Origin: Acidobacteriota bacterium
GTDB taxonomy: Bacteria > Acidobacteriota > JAAYUB01
NCBI GenBank assembly: GCA_029565065.1
Contig: JAKQOW010000095.1
Location: 5,616-69,615 of the forward strand
DNA: 64,000 bases
Reading direction: 5' to 3'
In this document: piece by piece, positions 19,270 through 27,857 of the stretch
Layout of the letters: every line of letters starts with the position of its first letter
How positions within the stretch are numbered: the first letter of the stretch is position 1
Position numbers and translations under genes: made by a program
Notes under the pieces: generated by a model
What the model was told of the DNA's origin: nothing
Databases searched by the model: none
What the model saw: only the letters and a program-made list of their open reading frames with translations

Positions 19270-21239
19270 GATGCCTCCTCGGCCGGCAGCTCCCGGAGCA
19301 GGGCGCGACGGGACCGCGGCAGGAGCGCCAGCAGTCCGCCCAGGGTGATCACGATGCCACCCACCCAGATCCAGAGCACCAGCGGGTTGATGAGCACCTT
19401 GAAGTTGGCCCGGCCGGACAGGCTGAGCGGCGAAAAGATCACGTACAGGTCGCGGACCGGCGTGCAATGGATGGCCACCTCGGTCATCGGCTGCTCGAAC
19501 AGGCGGTGAAAGTGCTTTTCGGGCCGAAGTGTCGCCACGGTCCGGCCGCCCTCCAGCGCGCGGAGCTCGGCGTGGAGGATCTCCTTCTCCGGATCGGCAT
19601 CCCGGTCGAAACGTTCGTAGCGGACGGTGTACGGCCCGGCCTCAAACGATTGCCCCGGCTCCACTGTGGCGTCAAACGACTGGCTGAAGTACGCCGATCC
19701 CACGATCCCCATGCAGAACACCACCACGCCCAGATGGACCAGGTAGGCCCCGTAGCGGCGGGTGTTCTTCCGGAGCAGGTTCGCCAGCGCCGCGCCGGGT
19801 CCCTCGCCGGTGGTCCGCCGGCGGACCCACGCCGAGCGCGCCACGTCGATGACGATGGCCGCTGCGGCGCCCAGTCCGAAGCCGGCCAGGACCGCCGCGG
19901 GGAGGTGTCCCCGCAGCCAGACCGCCGTCGCCGCAAAACCCGCCAGGCTCACCGCCAGGAACACCAGCACGGGCTTCAGGAACGCCGCCGCCGTGGCCCG
20001 GTACCAGCCCACCACCGGGCAGACGCCCAGCAAAACGAGGCAAGCGATGGCGAACGGCACGACGGCCGCGTTGAAGAACGGCGCCTGGATGGCGATTTTC
20101 CGGCCGCCCGCCAGTTCGGACAGCGTGGGCAGGATGGTCCCCGCCAGCACCACGACCAGGAAGCCCATCAACAGCAGGTTGGTGAGCACGACCAGTCCGT
20201 CCTTGGAGCGGAAACTGTCAAGGGGCCGGTCGGGCGCCAGCAGCTGCCGGCGCCAGGCGATGACGCCGCCGGTCAGGGCCAGCATCACCGCCATGAAGAT
20301 CAGGAAGTAATACCCGATGGTGGAGCGCTCGAAGGCGTGCACCGATTCGATGAAGCCGCTCCGAGTGATGAACGTGCCGAAGATGCACAGCAGGAATGTG
20401 AGCGCCACCAGGAACGCATTCCATTTTTTCAACACCCCGTGGCGTTCCTGCAGGATGGATGTGTGCAGGAAGGCCGTCGCCGCGAGCCACGGGATGAACG
20501 AGGCGTTCTCCACCGGATCCCAGGCCCAATAGCCGCCCCAGCCCAGCTCCACGTAGGCCCACTGCGCGCCGAGGATGATCCCAACCGTGAGGAACAGCCA
20601 GGAAAACACCGTCCAGCGGCGAATGATCTTCAGCCCGTCGGGCGGCATGGCGCCGGCGGCCAGCGCGGCCAGGACAAAGGCGAACGGCACCGTGAAGCCC
20701 ACGTAGCTGACGAACAGCATCGGCGGGTGGAAGATCATGCCCACGTTCTGGAGCAGCGGGTTCAGGCCCCGCCCCTCGGCGATCGCCACGTCCAACCGCT
20801 GGAACGGATTCGTGAACAGGAGCAGGAGCAGGTTGAAGAACAGACCCGAGGCGGCCGTGATGAGAATGAAGGGCGGGACCACCGCGGCGTGGCGCCGGCG
20901 GAATCCGGCCAGCGCCCCTGCGGCGAACAGCAACAGCAGGAGCAGCCAGAGGAGGAGTGAACCCGCCTGGCCGGCCCAGAAGGTGGTGATCCGGTAGACC
21001 AGAGGCAGAGTCGTGGAGGTGTAGCTTGCCACGTATTCCAGCCGGAAGTCGTTCCGGACCAGCGCCCAGAGGAGAAGCCCGGCGGCGCCGGTGGCCAGGG
21101 CGGCCGCGGCGTAGATGGCCCGGCAGGCGGTGTCGGTCCACGCGGGCCGGCCGGTCCGGAGCCTCACCACCGCAGCGGCGACGGCGTAGAGCAGCAGGAC
21201 GAACGTCGCGACGATCAGGAAATTGCCCACCAGCACCAT
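19266..21239 (-). CDS. ccmF: Heme lyase CcmF
   Basis: WAGQAGSLLLW, GLNPLLQ, HPP, WAYVELGWGGYWAWDPVENAS, SVHAF, NPLVLWIW. Confidence 0.96.
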   Translation of the reverse strand: MVLVGNFLIVATFVLLLYAVAAAVVRLRTGRPAWTDTACRAIYAAAALATGAAGLLLWALVRNDFRLEYVASYTSTTLPLVYRITTFWAGQAGSLLLWLLLLLLFAAGALAGFRRRHAAVVPPFILITAASGLFFNLLLLLFTNPFQRLDVAIAEGRGLNPLLQNVGMIFHPPMLFVSYVGFTVPFAFVLAALAAGAMPPDGLKIIRRWTVFSWLFLTVGIILGAQWAYVELGWGGYWAWDPVENASFIPWLAATAFLHTSILQERHGVLKKWNAFLVALTFLLCIFGTFITRSGFIESVHAFERSTIGYYFLIFMAVMLALTGGVIAWRRQLLAPDRPLDSFRSKDGLVVLTNLLLMGFLVVVLAGTILPTLSELAGGRKIAIQAPFFNAAVVPFAIACLVLLGVCPVVGWYRATAAAFLKPVLVFLAVSLAGFAATAVWLRGHLPAAVLAGFGLGAAAAIVIDVARSAWVRRRTTGEGPGAALANLLRKNTRRYGAYLVHLGVVVFCMGIVGSAYFSQSFDATVEPGQSFEAGPYTVRYERFDRDADPEKEILHAELRALEGGRTVATLRPEKHFHRLFEQPMTEVAIHCTPVRDLYVIFSPLSLSGRANFKVLINPLVLWIWVGGIVITLGGLLALLPRSRRALLRELPAEEAS

Positions 21240-21264
21240 ATATTCTGCCTTTCGATGACGGGTG

Positions 21265-21669
21265 TCAGGACTGTTCCGGCGCCTTCTCGTACTTCGAGGG
21301 GCATTTCAGCAGGATGGTGGCGGCGTCGAACTCGCGACGTCCGGGCTTGAGGTCGCCTTCCACGACAACGGCCATCCCCTCCTTGAAATTGTCAGGGATC
21401 ACCCCCTGGTAATGGACCGTCAGGGCGGGCCGGTCGGCCTGATCGGCGATCTGGAAATCCATGGCCAGCTCGTCCGCGGCCCGCCGGACCGAGCCGGGCA
21501 CGACGGTACCGGTGACCCGCACGCCCCGTCCGCCGTCATGCGCCTGGCCGGCCAGCACCTCGTCCACGGTGTGATAGTAGACGGTGGTTTCCTGCAGGCC
21601 CGAGTAGATCAGGTAGCCCACCACTCCGACGAACAGCACGGCGATCAGGATCAGTTTCAGCTTGGCCAT
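21265..21669 (-). CDS. ccmE: Heme chaperone CcmE, CxxxY variant
   Basis: N-terminal TM, PDNFKEGMAVVVEG, ILLKCPSKY. Confidence 0.93.
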   Translation of the reverse strand: MAKLKLILIAVLFVGVVGYLIYSGLQETTVYYHTVDEVLAGQAHDGGRGVRVTGTVVPGSVRRAADELAMDFQIADQADRPALTVHYQGVIPDNFKEGMAVVVEGDLKPGRREFDAATILLKCPSKYEKAPEQS

Positions 21670-21683
21670 CGGCGCTCCGCGAA

Positions 21684-22523
21684 CTAGATTGGGGACCGGG
21701 CGATGAGCTCCCAGTCGATCCGTCCGGCCTCGAAGACGGGGCCATCGGCGCATACCCGCAGCATGGCGGCGCCGCGGTCATCGCGCACCGGAATCGTGCA
21801 GCCCAGGCACACGCCCATGCCGCAACCCATCCGATTCTCCATGGACACCCACACCGGCCGGCCGGCCGCGGCACCGATGCGGTGGATGGCGGCCATCATC
21901 GCGTTGGGGCCGCAGCAATAGATGCGGTCCGCGGCATTCTGTTTCAGATAGCGCGCGAGAGGCTCCGTGACCAGGCCCCGTTCCCCGAGGCTGCCGTCCT
22001 CGGTCACCAGCCGGACGTCCGGGGCCGTCGTGGGCGCCAGAAGATCGCGCAGCGGCAGGTCGGCCGCGGTGCGTCCGCCGTAAAACAACACCAGCCGGGC
22101 CTTTCCCTGATAGCGGCGCAGGCAGAAATAGAGCGGCGCGATGCCCACCCCGCCGCCCACCAAGATCGTCGTTCCGCCGGCAGGCGGCTCCGGGAACGTC
22201 CTGCCCAACGGGCCGTGGACAAACAGCTTGTCGCCCGGCCGCAATTCGGCCAGCAGCCGCGTGCCCCGCCCCACCTGCTTGATCAGAAAGAGGATCTCTC
22301 CGTCCGCTCCGGCACCGGGCGCGTCCAGCACGCTCAAGGGACGGTTCAGCAACGGATCGGCGGACAGGGTATACCGGGGCAGGCCGAGCATGAAAATCTG
22401 CCCCGGCTCGGCCGCGGCGGCGGCCTCCGGCGCGGTGATGCCGAGGAGAAAATAGCCGCCGGCGAGCGTCTCGCACCGGGAGATCTGGACGTCGCGCGCG
22501 CGGGCCATGGTGGATTCTTGCAT
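21684..22523 (-). CDS. pyrK: Dihydroorotate dehydrogenase electron-transfer subunit-like FAD/[2Fe-2S] protein
   Basis: RPLS, GPLG, GGGVGIAP, CGPNAMM, ENRMGCGMGVCLGC...VCADGPVF. Confidence 0.88.
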   Translation of the reverse strand: MQESTMARARDVQISRCETLAGGYFLLGITAPEAAAAAEPGQIFMLGLPRYTLSADPLLNRPLSVLDAPGAGADGEILFLIKQVGRGTRLLAELRPGDKLFVHGPLGRTFPEPPAGGTTILVGGGVGIAPLYFCLRRYQGKARLVLFYGGRTAADLPLRDLLAPTTAPDVRLVTEDGSLGERGLVTEPLARYLKQNAADRIYCCGPNAMMAAIHRIGAAAGRPVWVSMENRMGCGMGVCLGCTIPVRDDRGAAMLRVCADGPVFEAGRIDWELIARSPI

Positions 22524-22633
22524 TCGCTCCATCTTGGTGGTATATCTGACACCACGGTGCAAAATTCAGCCGCCGATTATATCGCATATTCGCGAGGGGC
22601 GGTAGCGGCATTCCGTATGGCGAGGAGGCGACC

Positions 22634-23416
22634 ATGCAAGACGATTCGGCCCAGTTCGAGAAACTCCGCTTCGAGCTTAAAGGCCGCCTGGCCCACATCA
22701 CCCTGAACAATCCGCCGGACAACCTCCTGTCGCTGCAGTTGCTGGGCGAATGGAGCGAGTTGATGGAGTCGGTCGCCGGCCAGGCGGAAACGGCCGCCCT
22801 GCTTGTGTCCGCCTCGGGTCCCAGCTTCATCGGCGGCCTGGACTTTTCGGAGCACACCCGGGAGATGGTATTCTCCGCTCTGGAGCGCTTCCGCAACATC
22901 TGCGAGTTCCTCCTCAACGTGGATTACCTCACGCTCGCCCTCGTCGACGGCAAAGTCCGCAACTGGGGCTGCGACCTGCTCCCCTTCTTTGACCTGGTGC
23001 TGGCCAGCTCGGCGGCCACCTTCCAGTACGACAACCTGGCCGTCGGCACCTTCCCCGCGGTGGGCGCGATCATGCTGGGGCAGTCGGCTGGATTCGCCGC
23101 GTCGCTCCAGACCTTCCTGACGGGTCACGAGATGACAGCCGCCCAGGCCCTCGAGCTAGGACTGGTATCCCGGGTGCACCCGCGCGAAGAGCTCGTGGTC
23201 GAACTCAAGAAGACCCTGGCGCATTTGTCCACCATCAGCACGCCGGTGACCGGACTGATGCTGCGCAACCTGCGCCGGGCCAAGCACGAGACCTTCCAGC
23301 GCTTCATCGACGAGTCGTACACCGACTACCTGAACATCCTGACCGACCTGGAGGATTTCAGCGAAGGGGTGGCCGCCTGGGTGGAGCGGCGGCCGCCGGC
23401 CTGGAAAAACCGTTGA
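22634..23416 (+). CDS. Enoyl-CoA hydratase/isomerase (crotonase) family protein with altered catalytic residues
   Basis: ITLNNPPDNLL, FIGGLD, ALELGLVSRV, DFSEGVAAWVERRPPAW. Confidence 0.85.
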   Translation: MQDDSAQFEKLRFELKGRLAHITLNNPPDNLLSLQLLGEWSELMESVAGQAETAALLVSASGPSFIGGLDFSEHTREMVFSALERFRNICEFLLNVDYLTLALVDGKVRNWGCDLLPFFDLVLASSAATFQYDNLAVGTFPAVGAIMLGQSAGFAASLQTFLTGHEMTAAQALELGLVSRVHPREELVVELKKTLAHLSTISTPVTGLMLRNLRRAKHETFQRFIDESYTDYLNILTDLEDFSEGVAAWVERRPPAWKNR

Positions 23417-23454
23417 AGTCTTTGTTTTCCGCGCGTTTCGGGCTGTAATGGTCC

Positions 23455-23482
23455 TTGACATGAATTGACAGGCCGTGATACT
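23455..23482 (+). promoter_or_regulatory. Possible promoter for the DUF4388 operon (tandem TTGACA 10 bp apart)
   Basis: TTGACA at 23455 and 23465; GATACT 16 nt after the first; AT-richer intergenic stretch. Confidence 0.35.
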
Positions 23483-23536
23483 TTGAATTATGCCGTCAAC
23501 GGCCGGGCAACTTATTCTAAAAACTGGATAAACCAA

Positions 23537-24202
23537 ATGGCACTGATTGGGAATCTCAAGGAAGTCAATCTGGTCAATCTGATTCAGTTGAACTGCCTGG
23601 AGAAGAAAACCGCCAAGTTGACCTTCAACTACCGGGGGAAAATCGGCGTGATCTATTTCGAGAACGGCGACATCCCCCACGCCCAGTTCGACAACCTGGT
23701 GGGCCCGGAAGCCGTTTACAAGGCGATCCACCTCACGGAAGGCGAATTCAAGATCGAGGACGGCATCCGCACCAACATCAAGACCAACGAGATCAAGTGG
23801 TCCGAGCTGATCCTCGAAGGCATGCGGATCTTCGATGAAAGCCAGGCCGGCCAGGATCAGGTCCACATCAAGCTCATCAAGAACCTGATGCAGATCGACG
23901 GCGTCCTCGCTGCGGTCACCCTGCTCAAGGACGGGACGCCCCTGTCCAACAGCAGCTTTGAGGAAGTGGAACTCTACGCCCAGATTCTGTCGTTTTGCGC
24001 GGCCAAGCTGCAGAACGTCGGCAAGAACTCCGGGATCAGCTATTTCGACAGCATCACCGTCAACTTCAACGACAAAACCCTGATGTTGGTGGACCGGGAT
24101 CCCCACCTCATCGGCGTCTTTTTCAATCCGCAGGCCAACCTGAAACTGGCTGAGCCCCAGGTGATGAAGGAACTCCAAACCTATATCAATGAGCGGCAAT
24201 GA
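23537..24202 (+). CDS. DUF4388 (PATAN-like) domain fused to C-terminal roadblock-like domain
   Basis: MALIGNLKEVNLVNLIQL...KTAKLTF...GVIYFENGDIPHA...GPEAVY...GEF...LILEGMRIFDE; C-terminal IDGVLAAVTLLKDGTPL. Confidence 0.82.
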   Translation: MALIGNLKEVNLVNLIQLNCLEKKTAKLTFNYRGKIGVIYFENGDIPHAQFDNLVGPEAVYKAIHLTEGEFKIEDGIRTNIKTNEIKWSELILEGMRIFDESQAGQDQVHIKLIKNLMQIDGVLAAVTLLKDGTPLSNSSFEEVELYAQILSFCAAKLQNVGKNSGISYFDSITVNFNDKTLMLVDRDPHLIGVFFNPQANLKLAEPQVMKELQTYINERQ

Positions 24203-25209
24203 TGATCATTCCGAAGGGGAAGCCGGTTCATAAGGAACTCAGCTCCTATTTCGTGGACCTTGGCAAACTGCTCGAGGAACTCAAAGGCAATTCTTTCTCC
24301 GGTCTCATCGAACTGGTGGGGGTCAAGCACGAAGGCGAAATCCTGCTCGAAGGCGGCGCCGTGGCCAACGTCCGGATCCGCGGGGATGCCAACCTGCTGG
24401 GTCGCCAGCACCTGGGCGCCATCCTTCAGATCGGCCGGAAGGAGAACCTCCTCATCTCCACCTACCAGCTGCCCCCGGAAGCCGTTTTTTTCATCTCGCG
24501 TTACCTGGGCAGTGAGAAAATCCACGAAAACATCTCCAGCGAGTTCACCGACCCCAAAAAGCTGCTGAGCCGCCTGGAAAGCGATCCCAACGACCACTTC
24601 GTGGAAGTGATTTTCCAGAAGAATATCGGCTACGGCCTCCTGTTCGTCCAGGACGGGCAGCCGGTGGACGCGCTGATTTCCCTGCTGGGCAAGGACCTGA
24701 TCGCCGGCACGACCGCCATCAACGAGATCATCGAGGGATCCCGCGACCTGGGCGCGGTGTTCAACGTCTACCGCGCCACCGGGCAGGAAGTCGCACCCAC
24801 ACCGGCGGAGGTGGAGATCACCCAGGACGAAGTCCGGGTGGTCATGGAAACGCTGCTGAACGAATTCCGGAAGGATTTCCCGGCGGACAACAAGCGTGGA
24901 CTTGATTTCAACCACCTCTTCCGGGAATCCTGCCTGGAGCTGGCGGACAAGTTCCCCTTCCTGGATCCGTTCGCGGCGGAGTATTCCTACCAGGACGGCC
25001 GGCTGGAACTGCACGCGGAGGACAAGCCCAGGGTCATCGCGGAAGCCACGTTCCGGCTCATCCGGCACGTTCTGGAGAAAATGATCGCAGCCCGGGTCGC
25101 CTTCCCCCTTGAGCCGTTCCGCGAGCGGACTCGGGCCCTGCTGGCGGCTGATTACGCCTACGCCGCGTCCAGCCTGGACTTGGACAAGTTTTACGAAATT
25201 CTCAAATAA
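24199..25209 (+). CDS. Hypothetical protein with two tandem DUF4388/DUF2226-like repeats and a helical C-terminal domain
   Basis: DLGKLLEELKGNSFSGLIEL...GEILLEGG repeated as DPKKLLSRLE...GLLFVQDG; ATGA overlap. Confidence 0.65.
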   Translation: MMIIPKGKPVHKELSSYFVDLGKLLEELKGNSFSGLIELVGVKHEGEILLEGGAVANVRIRGDANLLGRQHLGAILQIGRKENLLISTYQLPPEAVFFISRYLGSEKIHENISSEFTDPKKLLSRLESDPNDHFVEVIFQKNIGYGLLFVQDGQPVDALISLLGKDLIAGTTAINEIIEGSRDLGAVFNVYRATGQEVAPTPAEVEITQDEVRVVMETLLNEFRKDFPADNKRGLDFNHLFRESCLELADKFPFLDPFAAEYSYQDGRLELHAEDKPRVIAEATFRLIRHVLEKMIAARVAFPLEPFRERTRALLAADYAYAASSLDLDKFYEILK

Positions 25210-25218
25210 TGGACAGCC

Positions 25219-25713
25219 ATGGAAGATCTACTCGGCAAATTTGTGGATGAAGTCAGCACCGTCATGGGCGTCCGCTCCGCCTACCTAGTGAACAACCGCG
25301 GTGAGCTCCTCTTTCCCCAGACCGAACGGCTGGGCCGTGCCAACCTCACCGCCACCGGGGCCCTGGAGATGGTCCAGTGTCTGGGTGTCCTCGAGCTGCC
25401 CGGCGACGAGATCTCCGAAGCCGAAGTGAGTTTTGTCGAAGGCAAGCTGATCGTGTACAACAACGTGCGCCTGCTGGTCCCCACCAAGCTGGGCGTGCAG
25501 GAGACCATTCTGGTCCTGCTGGGCGACAAGAACCTCAACAAGGCCCACCTGCGGCTGACCATGAATGTGGCGCTGTCGAAGGTGGTCTCCGACAAGCGTT
25601 ACAAGAAGCTGGCCCAGCCGGTGCGGATACGCAAAACCTCGGTGCTCTCGCGCGAGAAGCTGAACGAGAAGGAGTATGCCCAGGCGGAGCGAATCCGCCA
25701 GATCGTCGGTTAA
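25219..25713 (+). CDS. Roadblock/LC7 (MglB-like) fold protein
   Basis: EVSTVMGVRSAYLVNNRGELL...AEVSFVEGKLIVY...ILVLLGDKNLNKAHLRLTMNVA pattern. Confidence 0.6.
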   Translation: MEDLLGKFVDEVSTVMGVRSAYLVNNRGELLFPQTERLGRANLTATGALEMVQCLGVLELPGDEISEAEVSFVEGKLIVYNNVRLLVPTKLGVQETILVLLGDKNLNKAHLRLTMNVALSKVVSDKRYKKLAQPVRIRKTSVLSREKLNEKEYAQAERIRQIVG

Positions 25714-25736
25714 TTCTTCCGGAAGGGTTGTGAACT

Positions 25737-26531
25737 ATGAGCGAAACCCTAAAAGGGAACCTGAGCCAGCTGAAGTTGGTGGAGATCATGAAGATCCTCT
25801 GCAACAGCCAGCGGACCGGCAAGCTGTCGCTGCAGCGCGGCGAGGATACCGGCGACGTGTATTTCCTCTCCGGTGAGGTCATTCATGCCAAGTACAACAC
25901 GGTCATGGGCGAGAATGCGGTGTACGCGCTGCTGTCATGGACCGACGGCATCTTTACCTTCCTGCCCAACATCTCCGTCAAGAACAAGACCATCCTGACC
26001 GGCGCCCAGGACATCATCCGCCGCGGCGAGCAGATCGACGCTGACTGGCAGGAGATCCGCAAGGTGATCCCTCACACCAACCTGGTCTTCAAGATGAGTT
26101 ACGGGACCCCCAGCGAGATCTCGCTCAACGCCACCGAGTGGAACATCCTCCGCCACATCAACGGCATCGACAGCGTGAGCGAGATCGCCGGCAAGGTAGA
26201 GCTCCCCATCCTCGACGTGAGCAAGGCGTTTTGCAAGCTGTTCAACGCCGGTCTGATCGAGATGATGGGCGAGGCGGTGACCCGGGAGGAGCGCAAGGTG
26301 GGGATCGACCCCGGCATCTTTCAGCTCGTCGAGCGGGAAATGGCCAAGGTCATCGGCCCCCTGGCTCCCATCGTGATGGACGATCATATCGGCAACCTCG
26401 GCGAATCGCGCGAAGCGTTCCCCAAAGACAAGCTGCCCGAGCTCATCGAGCTGCTCAGCGGTGAGATCAACGACCCGAAGAAGATGATTGAATTCCAGCG
26501 CAACATGCTGGAAATCATCAAGAATATCTGA
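25737..26531 (+). CDS. DUF4388 domain protein with central HTH-like segment and C-terminal helical domain
   Basis: LKGNLSQLKLVEIMKILCNSQRTGKLSL...GDVYFLSGEVIHA...GENAVYALLSWTDGIFTF; INGIDSVSEIAGKV...AFCKLFNAGLIE. Confidence 0.85.
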   Translation: MSETLKGNLSQLKLVEIMKILCNSQRTGKLSLQRGEDTGDVYFLSGEVIHAKYNTVMGENAVYALLSWTDGIFTFLPNISVKNKTILTGAQDIIRRGEQIDADWQEIRKVIPHTNLVFKMSYGTPSEISLNATEWNILRHINGIDSVSEIAGKVELPILDVSKAFCKLFNAGLIEMMGEAVTREERKVGIDPGIFQLVEREMAKVIGPLAPIVMDDHIGNLGESREAFPKDKLPELIELLSGEINDPKKMIEFQRNMLEIIKNI

Positions 26532-26555
26532 CCGATTCCCCTGGCGAGGTGAACT

Positions 26556-27776
26556 TTGAAACTCACAATCCGGACTAAACTGCTGGGTTTATCTCTCTTT
26601 GCCATCGTGATCCCGCTGATCATCTCCGCCGCGGTCATCGTGGTGATCGTCACCCAGAAGACGCTGGACGAATCCCTGGGCAAGATTCGCGCCAACTCGG
26701 ACATCGCCACCACCCAGTACGCGCAGCGGATGAACGAGATCAAGGAAAACACCAAACTGCTGGCCATCAACGCGCTGCAGTACGATTTCATCACCGCGAT
26801 CAATCCGGCGGCGGCTCCGCCGGCCGCGGTCGGCCAGTCCGACCTGGAACGCCGCAAGGCGATCAACGTGCTGGAAATCGTCAAACAGCAGCTCCGCATC
26901 GATTACCTGACCCTGACCGACGGCCGGGGGCGCGTGCTGTACCGCGTCAACAACCCGAGCCAGCGCAACGATGACCTCGCCGCCATGGATCCGATGCTCC
27001 GCGAGGCGCTGAGCAACCGGAAGGTGGTGTACGGCTCGGTCAAGCTGCCTATCGACTACATGTCGCAGGAAAAGCTGGAGGACGCCCTGGCGGTCGGCAC
27101 CCAGAAGAAGCAGATCGAAGCCGCACTGGGGATGGAAGTGGTGGTGCCGCTGATCATGGGCGAGGAGGTCCGCGGGGCGCTGGTGGCCGGCGACGTCCTC
27201 AACAACGACAACCAGCTTGTCGACCAGCTCAAGCAGATGGTCTACAAGGAAAACATCGAGGCGGGATCGGCCACCCTGTACCTCGGGGAGACGGCGGTCG
27301 CGTCATCGCGCAGCGGCGCGGCCGGACGCGGCGTGGGCGAGACGATCACCCAGGAGATCTTCAACTACGTTCTCAACCAGGGCAAGGAGTTCATCGGGAC
27401 CGAAACCATCGGGGAGATCAGTTACGTCAGCGCCTACGTTCCCATCAAGGACATCTCGAACCAGATCATCGGCATCTACTCGGTGAGCGTCCGGGAGACC
27501 TGGTTCCGCCAGTTCCAGAACTACATCCGGAACTTCATCATCATCGTCATCGGCGCGGCCATCCTGTTCTCGGTGCTGCTCACGTACATCGTCGCCACCC
27601 GCATGACCAAGCCCATCGAGATGATCACCGAGGCCGCCAACAAGATTTCGCTGGGTGACCTGGACGTCCCGATCCAGGTCAAGACCGGCGGCGACGAGAT
27701 CGGCCGCCTGGCCGACTCGCTGGACCGCATGCGCATCAGCTTGAAGTCCGCCATCGAGCGTCTGCGCAAACGCTGA
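26556..27776 (+). CDS. Membrane sensor with extracytoplasmic Cache domain and terminal HAMP, no output domain
   Basis: Two TMs flank the Cache region (TLYLG...YVSAYVPIKDISNQIIG); HAMP TKPIEMITEAANKISLGDLDVPI...DEIGRLADSLDRM then stop; TTG start with SD GAGGTG. Confidence 0.88.
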   Translation: MKLTIRTKLLGLSLFAIVIPLIISAAVIVVIVTQKTLDESLGKIRANSDIATTQYAQRMNEIKENTKLLAINALQYDFITAINPAAAPPAAVGQSDLERRKAINVLEIVKQQLRIDYLTLTDGRGRVLYRVNNPSQRNDDLAAMDPMLREALSNRKVVYGSVKLPIDYMSQEKLEDALAVGTQKKQIEAALGMEVVVPLIMGEEVRGALVAGDVLNNDNQLVDQLKQMVYKENIEAGSATLYLGETAVASSRSGAAGRGVGETITQEIFNYVLNQGKEFIGTETIGEISYVSAYVPIKDISNQIIGIYSVSVRETWFRQFQNYIRNFIIIVIGAAILFSVLLTYIVATRMTKPIEMITEAANKISLGDLDVPIQVKTGGDEIGRLADSLDRMRISLKSAIERLRKR

Positions 27777-27805
27777 CGCTCGCACGCGGAACGCCGGCAA
27801 ACCAC

Positions 27806-27836
27806 ACACCGGACCTCCGCGTCCGGTGTTTTTTTT
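27806..27836 (+). terminator. Intrinsic terminator closing the DUF4388 operon
   Basis: ACACCGGAC-ctccgc-GTCCGGTGT plus a T run. Confidence 0.8.
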
Positions 27837-27857
27837 AACGCGCCGAGGAGGAAGAGT

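Noticed and set aside
22535-22554. TGGTG-N10-CACCA inverted repeat in the pyrK/crotonase divergent region
   Set aside because: Only 5-bp arms; cannot be assigned to a regulator
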